The notes beneath the pieces are model-generated. The model saw nothing but the letters and a program-made list of their open reading frames with translations. It was not told where the DNA came from and did no database searches. A DNA stretch of 64,000 nucleotides from Methanocellales archaeon (lineage in GTDB: Archaea; Halobacteriota; UBA148; JAUWXC01): contig JASEEY010000002.1 of NCBI GenBank assembly GCA_030018435.1, positions 28,544-92,543 on the forward strand, given 5' to 3'. The position numbers and the translations under genes are program-made. Of this stretch, positions 33,182-43,472 are shown in pieces (within the stretch, counting starts at the first letter, position 1; the number at the start of each line of letters is the position of its first letter).

Positions 33182-34681
33182 ATGCCTAAAAACGTTAAGA
33201 TATTTGATACCACGCTCAGGGATGGGGAGCAAACGCCTGGTGTATCTTTAACATCTCATAACAAGCTCGTTATAGCGCATCAACTGGATAAATTGGGCGT
33301 TGACATAATCGAGGTTGGCTTTCCGATTGCATCGAAGGGCGAAAAGGAATCAGTGAGAAAAATCGCTCATGCTGGGCTCAGTTCAAAGATATGTGGACTA
33401 GCTAGGGTGACCAAATCCGATATCGATGCATGTCTGGATTGTGGAGTGAACATAGTCCATACCTTCATCCCAACCTCGGACATCCAGGTCAAGTACACGA
33501 TCAAGAAGAGCAGGGAAGAAGTACTGCAGCTTGCGGTGGAGGCGGTGGAGTACATCAAAAAACATGGTGTAACGTGCCTCTTCTCTGCCATGGATGCTAC
33601 CAGGACTGACATGGATTACCTGCTCAAGGTCTATCAGAGCGTTGAAAAGGCTGGCGCAGACATCATCAACGTTCCGGACACCGTGGGCGTGATGATACCA
33701 TCGGCGATGCATAAATTCATCGGCCAAATTCACGATGCGGTAAAGGTCCCCATCGACATACACTGTCATAACGATTTTGGGCTGGCTGTAGCGAATTCTC
33801 TAGCGGCGGTAGAAGCGGGAGCGCGACAGGTTCAGGTGACCGTCAACGGTCTTGGCGAACGCGCAGGAAATGCTTCCTTGGAAGAAACGGTCATGAGTCT
33901 TCATTCCATCTATGGTGTCAAAACGAACATCAAAACCAAGTATCTGGTTGAGACGTCGCGATTAGTGGAGCGTCTGTCTGGAATTCACGTACCGCCTAAC
34001 ACGCCCGTGGTTGGGGAAAATGCCTTCTCCCATGAATCCGGCATTCATACACATGGCGTGCTCAGGAGAGCAGAGACCTTTGAGCCAGGGGTGATGACAC
34101 CTGAAATGGTGGGGCACAAACGCCGCATAGTAGTTGGAAAGCATGCCGGGAAGCATGCTGTGAAGAAAACGTTGCATGAAGTCGGATTGAGGCCGACTGA
34201 TGCGCAGCTTGATGAAATAATGCAACGTATAAAGGACTTGGGCGACAAAGGGAAACGCGTGACGGATGCAGACCTTTACGCGATTGCTGAAGCCGTCATG
34301 GGCGAAGTGACCAAAGGGGAGCAGGCGATTGTGCTAGAGGAGGTCTCGGTTATGACCGGCAGCAAGATCACACCCACCGCTGTGATCAAAGCAAAGGTTC
34401 ACGGAAGGCAAAAAAGAGGAAGCCAGACCGGAGTTGGTCCAGTCGATGCTGCGCTGAAAGCGGTGCAAGCCATTCTTGGAAAGAAGGCCAAAATAAAATT
34501 GCGGGATTTTAGATTAGAGGCTATCACTGGCGGTTCTGATGCGCTGGCTGAGGTGACGATTGGCGTGGAGGATGAAAAGGGGAATATCGTCACCGCAAGA
34601 GCTGCACGCGAGGACATCGTCATGGCGTCTGTGGAAGCATTAGTAAGCGCGATAAACAGGCTGATGCTGACGAAACGATGA
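33182..34681 (+). CDS. leuA: 2-isopropylmalate synthase
   Basis: [28 protein letters not shown]-terminal regulatory domain; FSAMDATRT favours LeuA over CimA. Confidence 0.85.
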   Translation: MPKNVKIFDTTLRDGEQTPGVSLTSHNKLVIAHQLDKLGVDIIEVGFPIASKGEKESVRKIAHAGLSSKICGLARVTKSDIDACLDCGVNIVHTFIPTSDIQVKYTIKKSREEVLQLAVEAVEYIKKHGVTCLFSAMDATRTDMDYLLKVYQSVEKAGADIINVPDTVGVMIPSAMHKFIGQIHDAVKVPIDIHCHNDFGLAVANSLAAVEAGARQVQVTVNGLGERAGNASLEETVMSLHSIYGVKTNIKTKYLVETSRLVERLSGIHVPPNTPVVGENAFSHESGIHTHGVLRRAETFEPGVMTPEMVGHKRRIVVGKHAGKHAVKKTLHEVGLRPTDAQLDEIMQRIKDLGDKGKRVTDADLYAIAEAVMGEVTKGEQAIVLEEVSVMTGSKITPTAVIKAKVHGRQKRGSQTGVGPVDAALKAVQAILGKKAKIKLRDFRLEAITGGSDALAEVTIGVEDEKGNIVTARAAREDIVMASVEALVSAINRLMLTKR

Positions 34682-34705
34682 TGGTTAGCTCCAAGTTTTC
34701 AAGCT

Positions 34706-34972
34706 TTATTCGATCCAATGATATGCTTTACTCCTCGGCAGTATCTTTGCAACTAAGATGTCTTTTTCCTTAATTACGTATATTGCTCTATAGTTTCCTA
34801 TTCGTAGTCGATAGTATTCTTTTTTTGGTCCCACTAATTTCTTAATATCTGCTCTGGGCCTAGAATGATAAGGGTCTTCGCTCAAAGCCCTTTTGATACG
34901 TTGCTGTGTCTCCGCATGCAAGCTCTTGAGTTGTCGCCTTGCGGTGTCCGAAAGGAGAACATTATATTTCAT
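34706..34972 (-). CDS. RelE/ParE-family toxin
   Basis: MKYNVLLS...DIKKL...YRLRIGNYRAIY...RSKAY. Confidence 0.9.
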   Translation of the reverse strand: MKYNVLLSDTARRQLKSLHAETQQRIKRALSEDPYHSRPRADIKKLVGPKKEYYRLRIGNYRAIYVIKEKDILVAKILPRSKAYHWIE

Positions 34973-35150
34973 CAAGAGGGGTAAACTCCTCTGTTTCAAC
35001 TATGCGATCAATTTCTTCAAAAAAGGCGATCTTCCTTGCATTTTCCATCAACCGGCGGATAATCTCTTCGTAGGTCTCCCCCTTCTTCCCAAATTCCCGG
35101 AGCTCTTCACGGGTGTCCTTAGTGATTTGAATGGTAGTTGCTTCAGTCAA
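34962..35150 (-). CDS. Antitoxin (RHH-like, TTIQI...GETYEEIIRRL)
   Basis: Overlaps the RelE start; acidic C-terminus. Confidence 0.85.
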   Translation of the reverse strand: MTEATTIQITKDTREELREFGKKGETYEEIIRRLMENARKIAFFEEIDRIVETEEFTPLDEI

Positions 35151-35252
35151 TATGCATCACCACTATATATATCTATATACTACTATATAAAGTTAAGTGG
35201 TATATATAATATTTCAATCCTTGTTTCACCACATTGCCGATACAACTTGTGA

Positions 35253-36008
35253 TCAAGCGACCTTTACTCCGAGCAATCTCTTCACGTCGCCTATTTTGTT
35301 CATAATGGTTGTGGTATCAGAGCCGGCGAAAAGTAGTCCACAAACCCTATTATCTTCATCCAGTACGACTGAGCCGGAGTCCCCGCCCTTTGACATAGCT
35401 CCTGCGACCAGCTGATCCTTAAAGATCGCTGTTTTGCGTCCATATTGAACCCTTACAGTTGCGCTAACCAATCGGACCTCTCCTGTCGTTAGTCCCGTGG
35501 TCCTTCCACTTTTTTTGATTTTCATTCCAAGTCTTGCTTCTGCTGTTCCTTTTGGAGCGCCGATTTCTAGCACTTCTTTTTTGACGGCATCAGGAGAGAT
35601 AGGAGACGCTATGGCGCAGTCAACCCTATTCTCCTTACCGGTCAGCGTCATAACCTTAAACCTCGATTTTCTCTTGAATAGCTTGGAGACGCTGTTAAGG
35701 AGGCGTGCTATAAATTTAGCCAAAGGACAAGTAACCTCCTCCTCTTCGGCTCCGATTGCTATATAATCAGCTAGGTCACCAATTTTGTCGTCTGGCGCGA
35801 GCCCGCCATCATATGGACCTGGCTGGACTATTTCGCCTGTCTCTATCTCCTCCTTCATGGGATCTTGGGTAAAAACATGGGCGTTACTTAGGATAAATAC
35901 GTCTTCTCCTCGCTTGACCAAACAACCACTCGTGCCAGCAGTTATTTTTACGTTTCCAATCGAGCAGCCCATGGGCATTGGGCGGAGTCGTGACTTTCGA
36001 TCGATCAT
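35253..36008 (-). CDS. Trypsin-like (Nal1-type) serine protease, catalytic domain
   Basis: AGTSG, SNAHV (His), VDCAIA (Asp), GDSGS (Ser), KSGRTTG, QPGPYDGG. Confidence 0.88.
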   Translation of the reverse strand: MIDRKSRLRPMPMGCSIGNVKITAGTSGCLVKRGEDVFILSNAHVFTQDPMKEEIETGEIVQPGPYDGGLAPDDKIGDLADYIAIGAEEEEVTCPLAKFIARLLNSVSKLFKRKSRFKVMTLTGKENRVDCAIASPISPDAVKKEVLEIGAPKGTAEARLGMKIKKSGRTTGLTTGEVRLVSATVRVQYGRKTAIFKDQLVAGAMSKGGDSGSVVLDEDNRVCGLLFAGSDTTTIMNKIGDVKRLLGVKVA

Positions 36009-36014
36009 CTAGCT

Positions 36015-36323
36015 TCATTCTTCCTTATAAAGGGCAAATCTACCGATTTTTATGAGCGGTTTTCGAATGTCTCCTTCAACTCCTAAGGCTCGGATGATTC
36101 CAGTTTCAATTACATCCGTCTTAACATCGTCCAATTTTTTTGGTATGATATCCTTTTTTCGAAGTTTTGTCTCAGGTAACTTTTGCTCAACCATGACAAC
36201 AATACATTTTTCATCCGTCTCTTCTCCGCCCACCCATTTTTTGCCTATTCCAACGCCTACCACGTTCGCTCGCCTTCTCAAAAAAGCTTCATATTTTTCC
36301 ATCGTTTTTCTCAATTTGCCCAT
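36015..36323 (-). CDS. Stand-alone N-terminal (pro-)domain of a Nal1-type protease
   Basis: NVVGVGIGKK...IVVMVEQKLP...IP...TDVIETG. Confidence 0.78.
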   Translation of the reverse strand: MGKLRKTMEKYEAFLRRRANVVGVGIGKKWVGGEETDEKCIVVMVEQKLPETKLRKKDIIPKKLDDVKTDVIETGIIRALGVEGDIRKPLIKIGRFALYKEE

Positions 36324-36324
36324 G

Positions 36325-36684
36325 TTATCCGGCGCCCTCTTTCTTGCCCAGAGATGCCTTGATCTGCTCCTGGAGTTCTTGGAAGCGCTTTTGAATCCTC
36401 TCTTCTTGCTTTTCAAGCGTTTTAAGCCTGAGCGTCAGCGTCTCCTTTTTATCCACTAAATCCTCCTTTACGGTGCCTTTTTTGGATTTGATCAACAACT
36501 GACCGACGCCCTTGTATATCACCGCGTCCTTGCCCAGTTTATCCAACTCTTCCAATGCCTGCTCGGCCTCGCGGAGCATCAACTCTATTTGCATTTTTTG
36601 CGCGTACATTGCCTGTGCCTGCTGTTGTATCTGTTGCAACTGCGCCAGTTGGTTTTGAACCTGTGGCGTTAATTCAGTACTCAT
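36325..36684 (-). CDS. pfdB: Prefoldin beta subunit
   Basis: Coiled coil with IYKGVGQLLI. Confidence 0.95.
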   Translation of the reverse strand: MSTELTPQVQNQLAQLQQIQQQAQAMYAQKMQIELMLREAEQALEELDKLGKDAVIYKGVGQLLIKSKKGTVKEDLVDKKETLTLRLKTLEKQEERIQKRFQELQEQIKASLGKKEGAG

Positions 36685-36897
36685 TCTATCACGTCATCCC
36701 AATTGAATTAAGATGACTTAAAAATTATGAGGGCATAATCCTTAAGTAACATGTATTTCAGAACTGTGATAGGTCACAACAAAAATCAAAGATGACCAAG
36801 AATGAATTCCGGTCCATTACAAAAAATCATCACAAAGATCAGAGCGTTGATAAACAGATTGGACGCTATTTTCGGTAAAATTTTTCCGAGGTCATAA

Positions 36898-37128
36898 TCA
36901 CATCTTCGCCATCTCATGTGCTATTTTGATCAGTCTCAACCATGTGTTCAGCGCCGCCCTAAGCGAGACGATATCCTTTGCTTCTATGCTGAGTTTAATC
37001 GTGCTGCCCTTCAGTTCTAAGGTAACACCAGACCGCAGGGAGGGCACATCCTCCAGCTCCGGGCATAGCGAGCGATACACGACATCGGCATGTTCGCCTA
37101 GGTCAATCTCAAACACAGATGAAATCAT
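36898..37128 (-). CDS. pcc1: KEOPS subunit Pcc1
   Basis: [20 protein letters not shown]. Confidence 0.9.
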   Translation of the reverse strand: MISSVFEIDLGEHADVVYRSLCPELEDVPSLRSGVTLELKGSTIKLSIEAKDIVSLRAALNTWLRLIKIAHEMAKM

Positions 37129-37262
37129 TCGGCCTTAACCCTTTTGATGATGGTGCCTCTTTCCTTCAATAGTACCCTATGCCCACAGTATGGGCACCGA
37201 ACGCCACCATATTCACTATTAATTTCTACAACCCGCTTGCACCCGGTGCATTTATATACCAT
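37125..37262 (-). CDS. rpoP: RNA polymerase subunit P (Rpo12)
   Basis: Manual translation [45 protein letters not shown]. Confidence 0.95.
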   Translation of the reverse strand: MVYKCTGCKRVVEINSEYGGVRCPYCGHRVLLKERGTIIKRVKAE

Positions 37263-37524
37263 GCTCTCCCTCTGCCTCGCTGGTAGGTTTTTGGATTCTT
37301 CCTACTGATGTTCGGGGCACATAGGTACCACCAGCAAACGTGAACTTGCATTTTGCACAGCGCCAGATGCCCGTGCTAATCCTTGATATAGATGTATGAC
37401 CGCATTGTGGACATCTATGCGGCATGCGCTTCTGCTCTTCGATGCTTGCTACCGTCTTCCTATCCTTCCTACCATATCTGGGACCGAAACGACTGGCAGA
37501 TCCAGTTTTCTTCGACTTAGCCAT
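37252..37524 (-). CDS. rpl37ae: 50S ribosomal protein L37Ae
   Basis: RFGPRYG, CPQC...[14 protein letters not shown]. Confidence 0.96.
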   Translation of the reverse strand: MAKSKKTGSASRFGPRYGRKDRKTVASIEEQKRMPHRCPQCGHTSISRISTGIWRCAKCKFTFAGGTYVPRTSVGRIQKPTSEAEGEHGI

Positions 37525-37529
37525 TAACC

Positions 37530-38306
37530 CTACTCCAAGAACTTCTTTCGTATCTCTTTTGCTTTTTTAGATGCCATCTCAATCGCTTGATATATTTGCT
37601 CGGAGGTGAGCATGCCCGTTCCACTTTTCTGCATACCTGATATGGAGCCATCCTTGTTGAAAATTATCGTCAGTTTCGCGGGTGTGATTTGCTCCTCCTC
37701 TAGGCTAGGATCGAGCAGGAGCTTGCCCCCTATCTCCGCGACGGTGATGGCTACCGGTAAATCAGCCACTGGTAGCTGAGCATCTTTACCCATCTCATAC
37801 CGCTCGTTTGGCAACTTGGCATTTAACAGCGCTGCAATCGCACCAAGCGCGGCTGCATCTATCAGATTGCCGTCATGGTCCAGCACATGCACGTCGATGA
37901 AGACCATCCAGACTTTAGCCCCTTCCTCGATGCAGAGCTTCGCCAGGTCCAGTGCGCCAGATTCCCTGATGCCCCTGTCAACAACTCTTGCTAATTCGAT
38001 CGCATCCTCCTTTGGCGGCCCTGCCTCAAAGGTAGGAGATGCGAGTGGGACCAACTCGGCGTTTGTGATGATCACTCCTTCGTTTGGCGTGTCCGGAAAC
38101 GGTTCACCAGGCTGAATCTTCACGCCTACAAGCACTTGAGTATTTCCAATCTGAACACGTGCAGATCCCTCGGCCCTGCTTACTATTCCAGGCTCAATGG
38201 AGATGTCCCTGTACTGATCAAATGCCCTGCCATCTACTCGTTCGCCTTTTTTTGCCAAATCATACATGTAATCCTTTCTGATTTCAGCGACAATACTCTC
38301 GTTCAT
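37530..38306 (-). CDS. rrp42: Exosome subunit Rrp42
   Basis: [23 protein letters not shown]. Confidence 0.96.
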   Translation of the reverse strand: MNESIVAEIRKDYMYDLAKKGERVDGRAFDQYRDISIEPGIVSRAEGSARVQIGNTQVLVGVKIQPGEPFPDTPNEGVIITNAELVPLASPTFEAGPPKEDAIELARVVDRGIRESGALDLAKLCIEEGAKVWMVFIDVHVLDHDGNLIDAAALGAIAALLNAKLPNERYEMGKDAQLPVADLPVAITVAEIGGKLLLDPSLEEEQITPAKLTIIFNKDGSISGMQKSGTGMLTSEQIYQAIEMASKKAKEIRKKFLE

Positions 38307-39022
38307 TTCCCCTCCACACCATATTTCTCAATCAACGCCTGTCGCTGCATCTCGTAGATCTGTTCGCAACCTTTCTTAGCCAGCTCGAATGCCTGTTTAA
38401 ATTCGTCTTGAGTAAAACATCCATCCATTTGTAATAACGTGATCTTGTCCGGCATCACCATCGCGATTGGCATATCCGCCTCCCCATAGTTATCCTCCTC
38501 CTTCATGGGGTCGAGGACAATCTGTCCATCTATTTTTCCAACCGCACAAGAGGACACCAACCCCTTCATCGGGATGCCCGCATCTGCCAATGCAACCGAT
38601 GCGGCGTTGATGCCTGCAGTTCTAGTGCCCGCATCTGCTTGCAACACCTCCACGAAAATGTCTACAGCTGCCTTGGGAAAGCATTCCTTGATGATGACCG
38701 GCTCGATTGCATCCCTGCTCACCTTTGATATCTCAACTGAACGGCGATCAGGACCAGGTCTCTTTCTCTCTTCTACGGAAAAAGACGCCATGTTGTATCT
38801 GTATCTGATGATTGCCTTGGTAGCCTCTTGAAGATGGCGTGGATGAACCTCTCTTGGCCCATACACTGCAGCCATTACCTTGTTCTCACCCAGCTCCATA
38901 TAACATGAGCCATCCGCCCTTTTTAAGACGCCTACTTCAATCTTGATGGGTCTAAGCTCATCCATTTTTCTTCCGTCGAGTCGCTTTCCCTTCACTATGA
39001 GTTTTTCAGGTTTGTCTTTCAT
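38303..39022 (-). CDS. rrp41: Exosome subunit Rrp41
   Basis: RLDGR, ADGS, YGPRE, ADAGTR. Confidence 0.97.
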   Translation of the reverse strand: MKDKPEKLIVKGKRLDGRKMDELRPIKIEVGVLKRADGSCYMELGENKVMAAVYGPREVHPRHLQEATKAIIRYRYNMASFSVEERKRPGPDRRSVEISKVSRDAIEPVIIKECFPKAAVDIFVEVLQADAGTRTAGINAASVALADAGIPMKGLVSSCAVGKIDGQIVLDPMKEEDNYGEADMPIAMVMPDKITLLQMDGCFTQDEFKQAFELAKKGCEQIYEMQRQALIEKYGVEGK

Positions 39023-39681
39023 TTTTCGCTCCTCTTTGCATTTTCTACAAATTCTTTGATTCTATCCGTTAATCCAAGTGTGTGCGCCTCTTGTTCAATT
39101 TTCAGCAGGCCCTCGGCAACAATATTTGCCATGTCCCCTCTGCCGCTAATCCAGATGCGCCCATTCTGACCGACAAAAATGTCGCAATTTGTCTCTCTTT
39201 TTAGTAAATTTATCATCGACCCCCCACGTCCTATCACTCTGGGAATTTTGGTGTGTGACATCTCAACTACCCTGCCACTTCTAATGACTTCTCCACTATC
39301 TCTCATGGTGAGGTCTACTCTCATGGTCACATCCACGTCTATCACCTTGGCGATAATCAAATCTCCTATCTTAAGATGTTGGTTTGCATCGCCAGGTTTT
39401 ATTCGCTCTGGGTGTTCCGAGATGTGTAAACGTGCTTCATATGGTGAGTTGATGTCGACTGTCCAACTTGAAAAACTTACATCTGTTATCTTTCCAATCA
39501 CAACATCGCCACTGCGCGGCATGTATTTTCCAGTTAGTGGTACTACTATGATCTTCTCTCTCCTATCTACGACTCCGTATACTGAGGCGTAAACCTTCCC
39601 CCCTTCAATGTATGTGCCCTCCCCGGCTAATCTAACATCACCAGAAAGAAGGTCGCCGGGAATTGCTAACTCTCTACCCAT
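39019..39681 (-). CDS. rrp4: Exosome RNA-binding subunit Rrp4
   Basis: S1 plus KH domains, [18 protein letters not shown]. Confidence 0.96.
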   Translation of the reverse strand: MGRELAIPGDLLSGDVRLAGEGTYIEGGKVYASVYGVVDRREKIIVVPLTGKYMPRSGDVVIGKITDVSFSSWTVDINSPYEARLHISEHPERIKPGDANQHLKIGDLIIAKVIDVDVTMRVDLTMRDSGEVIRSGRVVEMSHTKIPRVIGRGGSMINLLKRETNCDIFVGQNGRIWISGRGDMANIVAEGLLKIEQEAHTLGLTDRIKEFVENAKRSEK

Positions 39682-39718
39682 AATAACATGCCCTCAAGCA
39701 TCCTAATGATTATGCCAT

Positions 39719-40414
39719 CTATCTTAATAGTTTGGTCTCAGCCTCGCCTTTAGTTAGGCGGTTTACCAAACCATAGAAATCATCCTGCATTCCAGCCGGA
39801 ATCTTGATGACTGCAACCAACGATCCATCGTTTTGCCACTCCTGTTTTTCGAGCTGCCCAAAACCTGTGATATCGCCATATGATTTTGCAGCGTACTGTG
39901 GAGGTATTTTGACCGCGATTTTCACCTCTTCGAAGCGGATAGGTATGATGGGCCTGATCTTCTTCATCACCTCGGTGACGATTTCATCCACATTTTTAAA
40001 TGGGTCGATATGCACGCCAGCCTCCTCCATCGCTTTTTCTATCCTTGATGGTGGATGCGGAGACCCTGTCTGGGGGTTAATGGCATTCCTGGCGATCACA
40101 TCGATCACCCTTCTACGTTTGTCCTCTTGCATCCGTTTCCGCTGCTCGGACGTGAGTTGAAGTTCGCCCTTGAGAATTATCTCCCTTGCAGCAGAATGTA
40201 TGTCAGTGGTGCCGAAAGCTCTCCTTAGGTCATCTTCAGCAGCACGTTCACCCTTACCTGCATCCTCAAATACATCTTCGACGGCCAACACGTTATCGAT
40301 GCTTACGTCCTCCCCTCTTTTCAGTGCCAGTGCCGCGTCTGGGTCGACCAAAACCTCAAAATGCGCTCCATGACTTTTGCATCTTGCCACTACTGCCTTG
40401 TCCAGGGTCACCAT
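39719..40414 (-). CDS. Ribosome maturation factor SBDS/Sdo1
   Basis: FEVLVDP, FGTTD, PHPPSRIE. Confidence 0.96.
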   Translation of the reverse strand: MVTLDKAVVARCKSHGAHFEVLVDPDAALALKRGEDVSIDNVLAVEDVFEDAGKGERAAEDDLRRAFGTTDIHSAAREIILKGELQLTSEQRKRMQEDKRRRVIDVIARNAINPQTGSPHPPSRIEKAMEEAGVHIDPFKNVDEIVTEVMKKIRPIIPIRFEEVKIAVKIPPQYAAKSYGDITGFGQLEKQEWQNDGSLVAVIKIPAGMQDDFYGLVNRLTKGEAETKLLR

Positions 40415-40423
40415 AGGGATCGC

Positions 40424-41176
40424 CTACGTTTTCTCGCGTGACTCGGAGGGGTGTTGCTCAAGGACTTGTTGAACGTATCTATTGGTATCCTCAGCTGTCA
40501 TTTTTTTGAACATTTTAGTTTTAAGCTCGACGACTCCGATTTCCACTGTTTGTGTACTAAGTTTGCCTTCCGCTGCCTTGTGCAATGCCTCCAGACCGAG
40601 CAAAATGGCACCATCTAGATCGAGATCATCTCTATATTGTGCCTCGAATACCTCCATGCCAACGTTTCGTCCGGCTCCAATCCCGGTTGCCTTGTACTCT
40701 AGTAGCGTACCACTTGGATCAGTTTCAAACAGCCTAATCGAATCGTCGTTGACACCCGCGATTAACAGGGCAGTCCCATACGGGCGCACGCCGCCGTATT
40801 GCGTATAGGTCTGCATATGATCGCAAACCCTCTTGGCTAGCGCCTCGACTCCCATGCTCTCGTTATAGGTCATCCTGTTTATCTGCGCCTCTACCCGTGC
40901 TCTATCGATCAGCACTCTGGCATCAGCGACCAATCCAGAGGTGGCAGCACCTATGTGGTCATCGATCTTGAATATCTTCTCCACCGATTCTGCCTCGAGT
41001 AGGCGACTTGTAACCCTCTTATCCACTAAAAGCGCAACACCGTCCGTCGCTTTTATGCCGATTGCGGTCGTCCCCCTTTTCACCGCCTCCCTGGCATACT
41101 CTACTTGAAACAACCTACCATCTGGACTGAAAACCGTAATGGCTCTATCATAAGCCATTTGAGGCATCATTTGCAT
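40424..41176 (-). CDS. psmA: Proteasome alpha subunit
   Basis: [20 protein letters not shown]. Confidence 0.98.
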   Translation of the reverse strand: MQMMPQMAYDRAITVFSPDGRLFQVEYAREAVKRGTTAIGIKATDGVALLVDKRVTSRLLEAESVEKIFKIDDHIGAATSGLVADARVLIDRARVEAQINRMTYNESMGVEALAKRVCDHMQTYTQYGGVRPYGTALLIAGVNDDSIRLFETDPSGTLLEYKATGIGAGRNVGMEVFEAQYRDDLDLDGAILLGLEALHKAAEGKLSTQTVEIGVVELKTKMFKKMTAEDTNRYVQQVLEQHPSESREKT

Positions 41177-41214
41177 TACATATCACTTCCCAAATCAACT
41201 TCACATACGTTGCA

Positions 41215-41568
41215 TCAATCCATCTTCGATATGCCCCGCCGTTCTATAAACTTTTCTGTTACACCCTTTATCGTACCGGAAATACCCAAGGCCCTGACGC
41301 CAACACTGACCATTCCGACTTTGTTAATGGTGGCAAGCACCGCTCTTGCCAGGGTCGTTTTGTCTCTGGCGCATCTCAGGATGCCCCTTGTGCCATCAAA
41401 ATCAATGAGCCAAAGATCACACTGACTTACTCCCACATCTCCCAACAGTGACTGGGATGCAGCTCGTAATTCGTTTATGAAATCATCTCGCCCTATCTCG
41501 CCGGTAGACATAACCTCAAATGCGAGATATCTTCTTCTCTTCCGTAGTGATGGTGGTAATCGTTTCAT
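41215..41568 (-). CDS. rnp2: RNase P protein Pop5/Rpp14
   Basis: PPSLRKRRRYLAF...GISGTI. Confidence 0.93.
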   Translation of the reverse strand: MKRLPPSLRKRRRYLAFEVMSTGEIGRDDFINELRAASQSLLGDVGVSQCDLWLIDFDGTRGILRCARDKTTLARAVLATINKVGMVSVGVRALGISGTIKGVTEKFIERRGISKMD

Positions 41569-42239
41569 CTTACTATCTCCACACCCTCCATTATGTACCC
41601 TGGACGTTTTCTTTTCCTGTTGGTCTCGACGATTCTCAGGGGTGTTGTGCTGAGCGCCTGTATTGCCTCCTCCTCGCTCATGCCAAACAAACTGGCCATT
41701 GCAATCATCTCCCTTGGCGCTCTCAGGTCATAGCAAGACTTGGCATTGCTGGCAAGGATCATGGGCACATCGTACTTCCTCGCCAATTTTAGATTGTGCT
41801 GAAAGCCAGAGAGGACGCGAATTCTGGGATTACCTCTCAGGTGGATAAGCGCATCCATATTGAACTCTATGGCGACATCGTTCTTAGTAGCGAGCTTGGC
41901 CAGAATGTGATTGAACTCATCATCCCTCCCAACGGGATGTGCCAATATGTCCACCCTGGGGTCCTCGACAGCAGCTCTATTGATTTTTGCATCTCCGCCG
42001 TGAACAAGCAACACCTCTACCTTGGGGCGATACTCTCCGATTTTCTTTTTTAACTCTGTAGCACTTGTAGCGACAATTTCAACACCTTTAACGGCGCTGC
42101 TGAACTCGTTCCAGTGATTGGAGTGATTGGTAATCGCTATACCAGCATAGCCGTATCTCTTCGCCACTGAAACCAGTTTATCTGGAGCATCCATGCCTTC
42201 TGGACGCGAATGTACGTGAAAGTCATAATACTTGGGCAT
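41565..42239 (-). CDS. rnp3: RNase P protein Rpp30
   Basis: INRAAVE...VDILAHP...DLRAPRE. Confidence 0.93.
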   Translation of the reverse strand: MPKYYDFHVHSRPEGMDAPDKLVSVAKRYGYAGIAITNHSNHWNEFSSAVKGVEIVATSATELKKKIGEYRPKVEVLLVHGGDAKINRAAVEDPRVDILAHPVGRDDEFNHILAKLATKNDVAIEFNMDALIHLRGNPRIRVLSGFQHNLKLARKYDVPMILASNAKSCYDLRAPREMIAMASLFGMSEEEAIQALSTTPLRIVETNRKRKRPGYIMEGVEIVR

Positions 42240-42657
42240 TGCTCAATAAACCCTCCATTATTTTTATTGCGCTATCCCGCTTAGATGGGTATGTCTTGAC
42301 CTTCATCTTTATATCAATTGCATCCTCGGTTCGGGTCAACCTGACGGTGCCGTTACACGCTGATTGTTTGTCAAGTCTGATGTGGAAGTTGCAATCATCG
42401 TCAACACGCTGCTCCACCTCTCTTCTTAATTTGGATAACTCGGCTGCAGGCAGACACTTCAAAATTTCCATAAACGGCTTGCACGCTCTTTTTTCTAACT
42501 TTGCCGTGAAAACGGTGATGGGATTCCCAAAATGTCCTTCAGTCTTGGACGTATTGATTTCGCAATCTTCTGGGATAAACAATCGCAGAGCGGTCTCAAC
42601 CTTGGATGGGTTTTCAGTTGCATGTACAAATGCCCTGAGCGTGATATAGTGAATCAC
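42223..42657 (-). CDS. Exosome-operon RNA-binding protein (DUF54)
   Basis: [17 protein letters not shown]. Confidence 0.9.
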   Translation of the reverse strand: MIHYITLRAFVHATENPSKVETALRLFIPEDCEINTSKTEGHFGNPITVFTAKLEKRACKPFMEILKCLPAAELSKLRREVEQRVDDDCNFHIRLDKQSACNGTVRLTRTEDAIDIKMKVKTYPSKRDSAIKIMEGLLSNAQVL

Positions 42658-43178
42658 TTGCCTCGCCCTTTCTTGACTGCAGACGTTTTTCCCCTGAAAA
42701 CGCGTCCTTTATGCGTAGGATCACAGATCCAGTTTAGCGTGGGATCACTCATGATGGCGGGATTAGTCGGATCGACGAGTATCACCTCATACCATTTCTT
42801 CTTGCCATCCTCGGCGACCCAGTATGAATTCAGCACCTCCATATTTGGATACCTGCGGGCAGCCCTTTCCTCTGCGATGCGCTGAATGTTCTTAGTTGGC
42901 GTGATCTTCTTTTTCCCCATATGTGCTGTCCTTCTTCCGCGCACATATCTTGACTTTCTCCTCCCGCCACGTCGTACCATTACACGTGCGACGATTATTC
43001 CCTGTTTTGCCTTGTATCCCAGTGCTCTAGCCCTGTCTAATCTGGTGGGGCGATCTATCCTTTTTATAACCGGTTCTCTACGCCATACCCGGAGCCTATG
43101 CAACATCAGTTTATCTACATGGGTTTTATCCGGCTTTTTGTAAGCATCCCGTATATATGAATAAAATGATCTCACCAT
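42654..43178 (-). CDS. rpl15e: 50S ribosomal protein L15e (short C-terminus)
   Basis: [29 protein letters not shown]. Confidence 0.97.
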   Translation of the reverse strand: MVRSFYSYIRDAYKKPDKTHVDKLMLHRLRVWRREPVIKRIDRPTRLDRARALGYKAKQGIIVARVMVRRGGRRKSRYVRGRRTAHMGKKKITPTKNIQRIAEERAARRYPNMEVLNSYWVAEDGKKKWYEVILVDPTNPAIMSDPTLNWICDPTHKGRVFRGKTSAVKKGRGK

Positions 43179-43240
43179 TACTACCTCTAAATTTTACGGC
43201 ACACTGTTTGTTCAATCCTAATAAACCTTTCTTGCCATTA

Positions 43241-43309
43241 CACTTCGTTTAAGCTTCGCATACCACTTCGTTTAAGCTTCGCATACCACTTCGTTTAAGC
43301 TGCGCGTAA
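43241..43309. repeat. Three tandem 23-bp repeats CACTTCGTTTAAGCTTCGCATAC
   Basis: Units at 43241, 43264 and 43287 (third degenerate at its 3' end); no spacers. Confidence 0.92.
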
Positions 43310-43472
43310 TCTCTCACGCTATGATAGATTCTATCATCTATAAATAACCCAGTTCCAAAGCCCAACAAACCCTCGTTTTGCAGCACCGTTGCAATTGCCA
43401 TGCCAATCAGGCCCATTCACCAGTGGTGTACCTCCAAATACACCGTACAGTAATTATATTCTATCACATCTC

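Noticed and set aside
36730-36895. Possible small membrane gene between pcc1 and pfdB
   Set aside because: The ATG frame stops after 9 codons and the hydrophobic stretch is in another frame; at most an unidentifiable remnant.
43241-43309. Tandem repeats as a mini-CRISPR array
   Set aside because: Units are directly adjacent with no spacers, and there are no cas genes in the window.
43320-43460. Hydrophobic ORF fragment (MGLIGMAIATVL...) and atgatagattctatcat palindrome upstream of rpl15e
   Set aside because: Short, runs into the repeat array and has no recognisable family; insufficient support.
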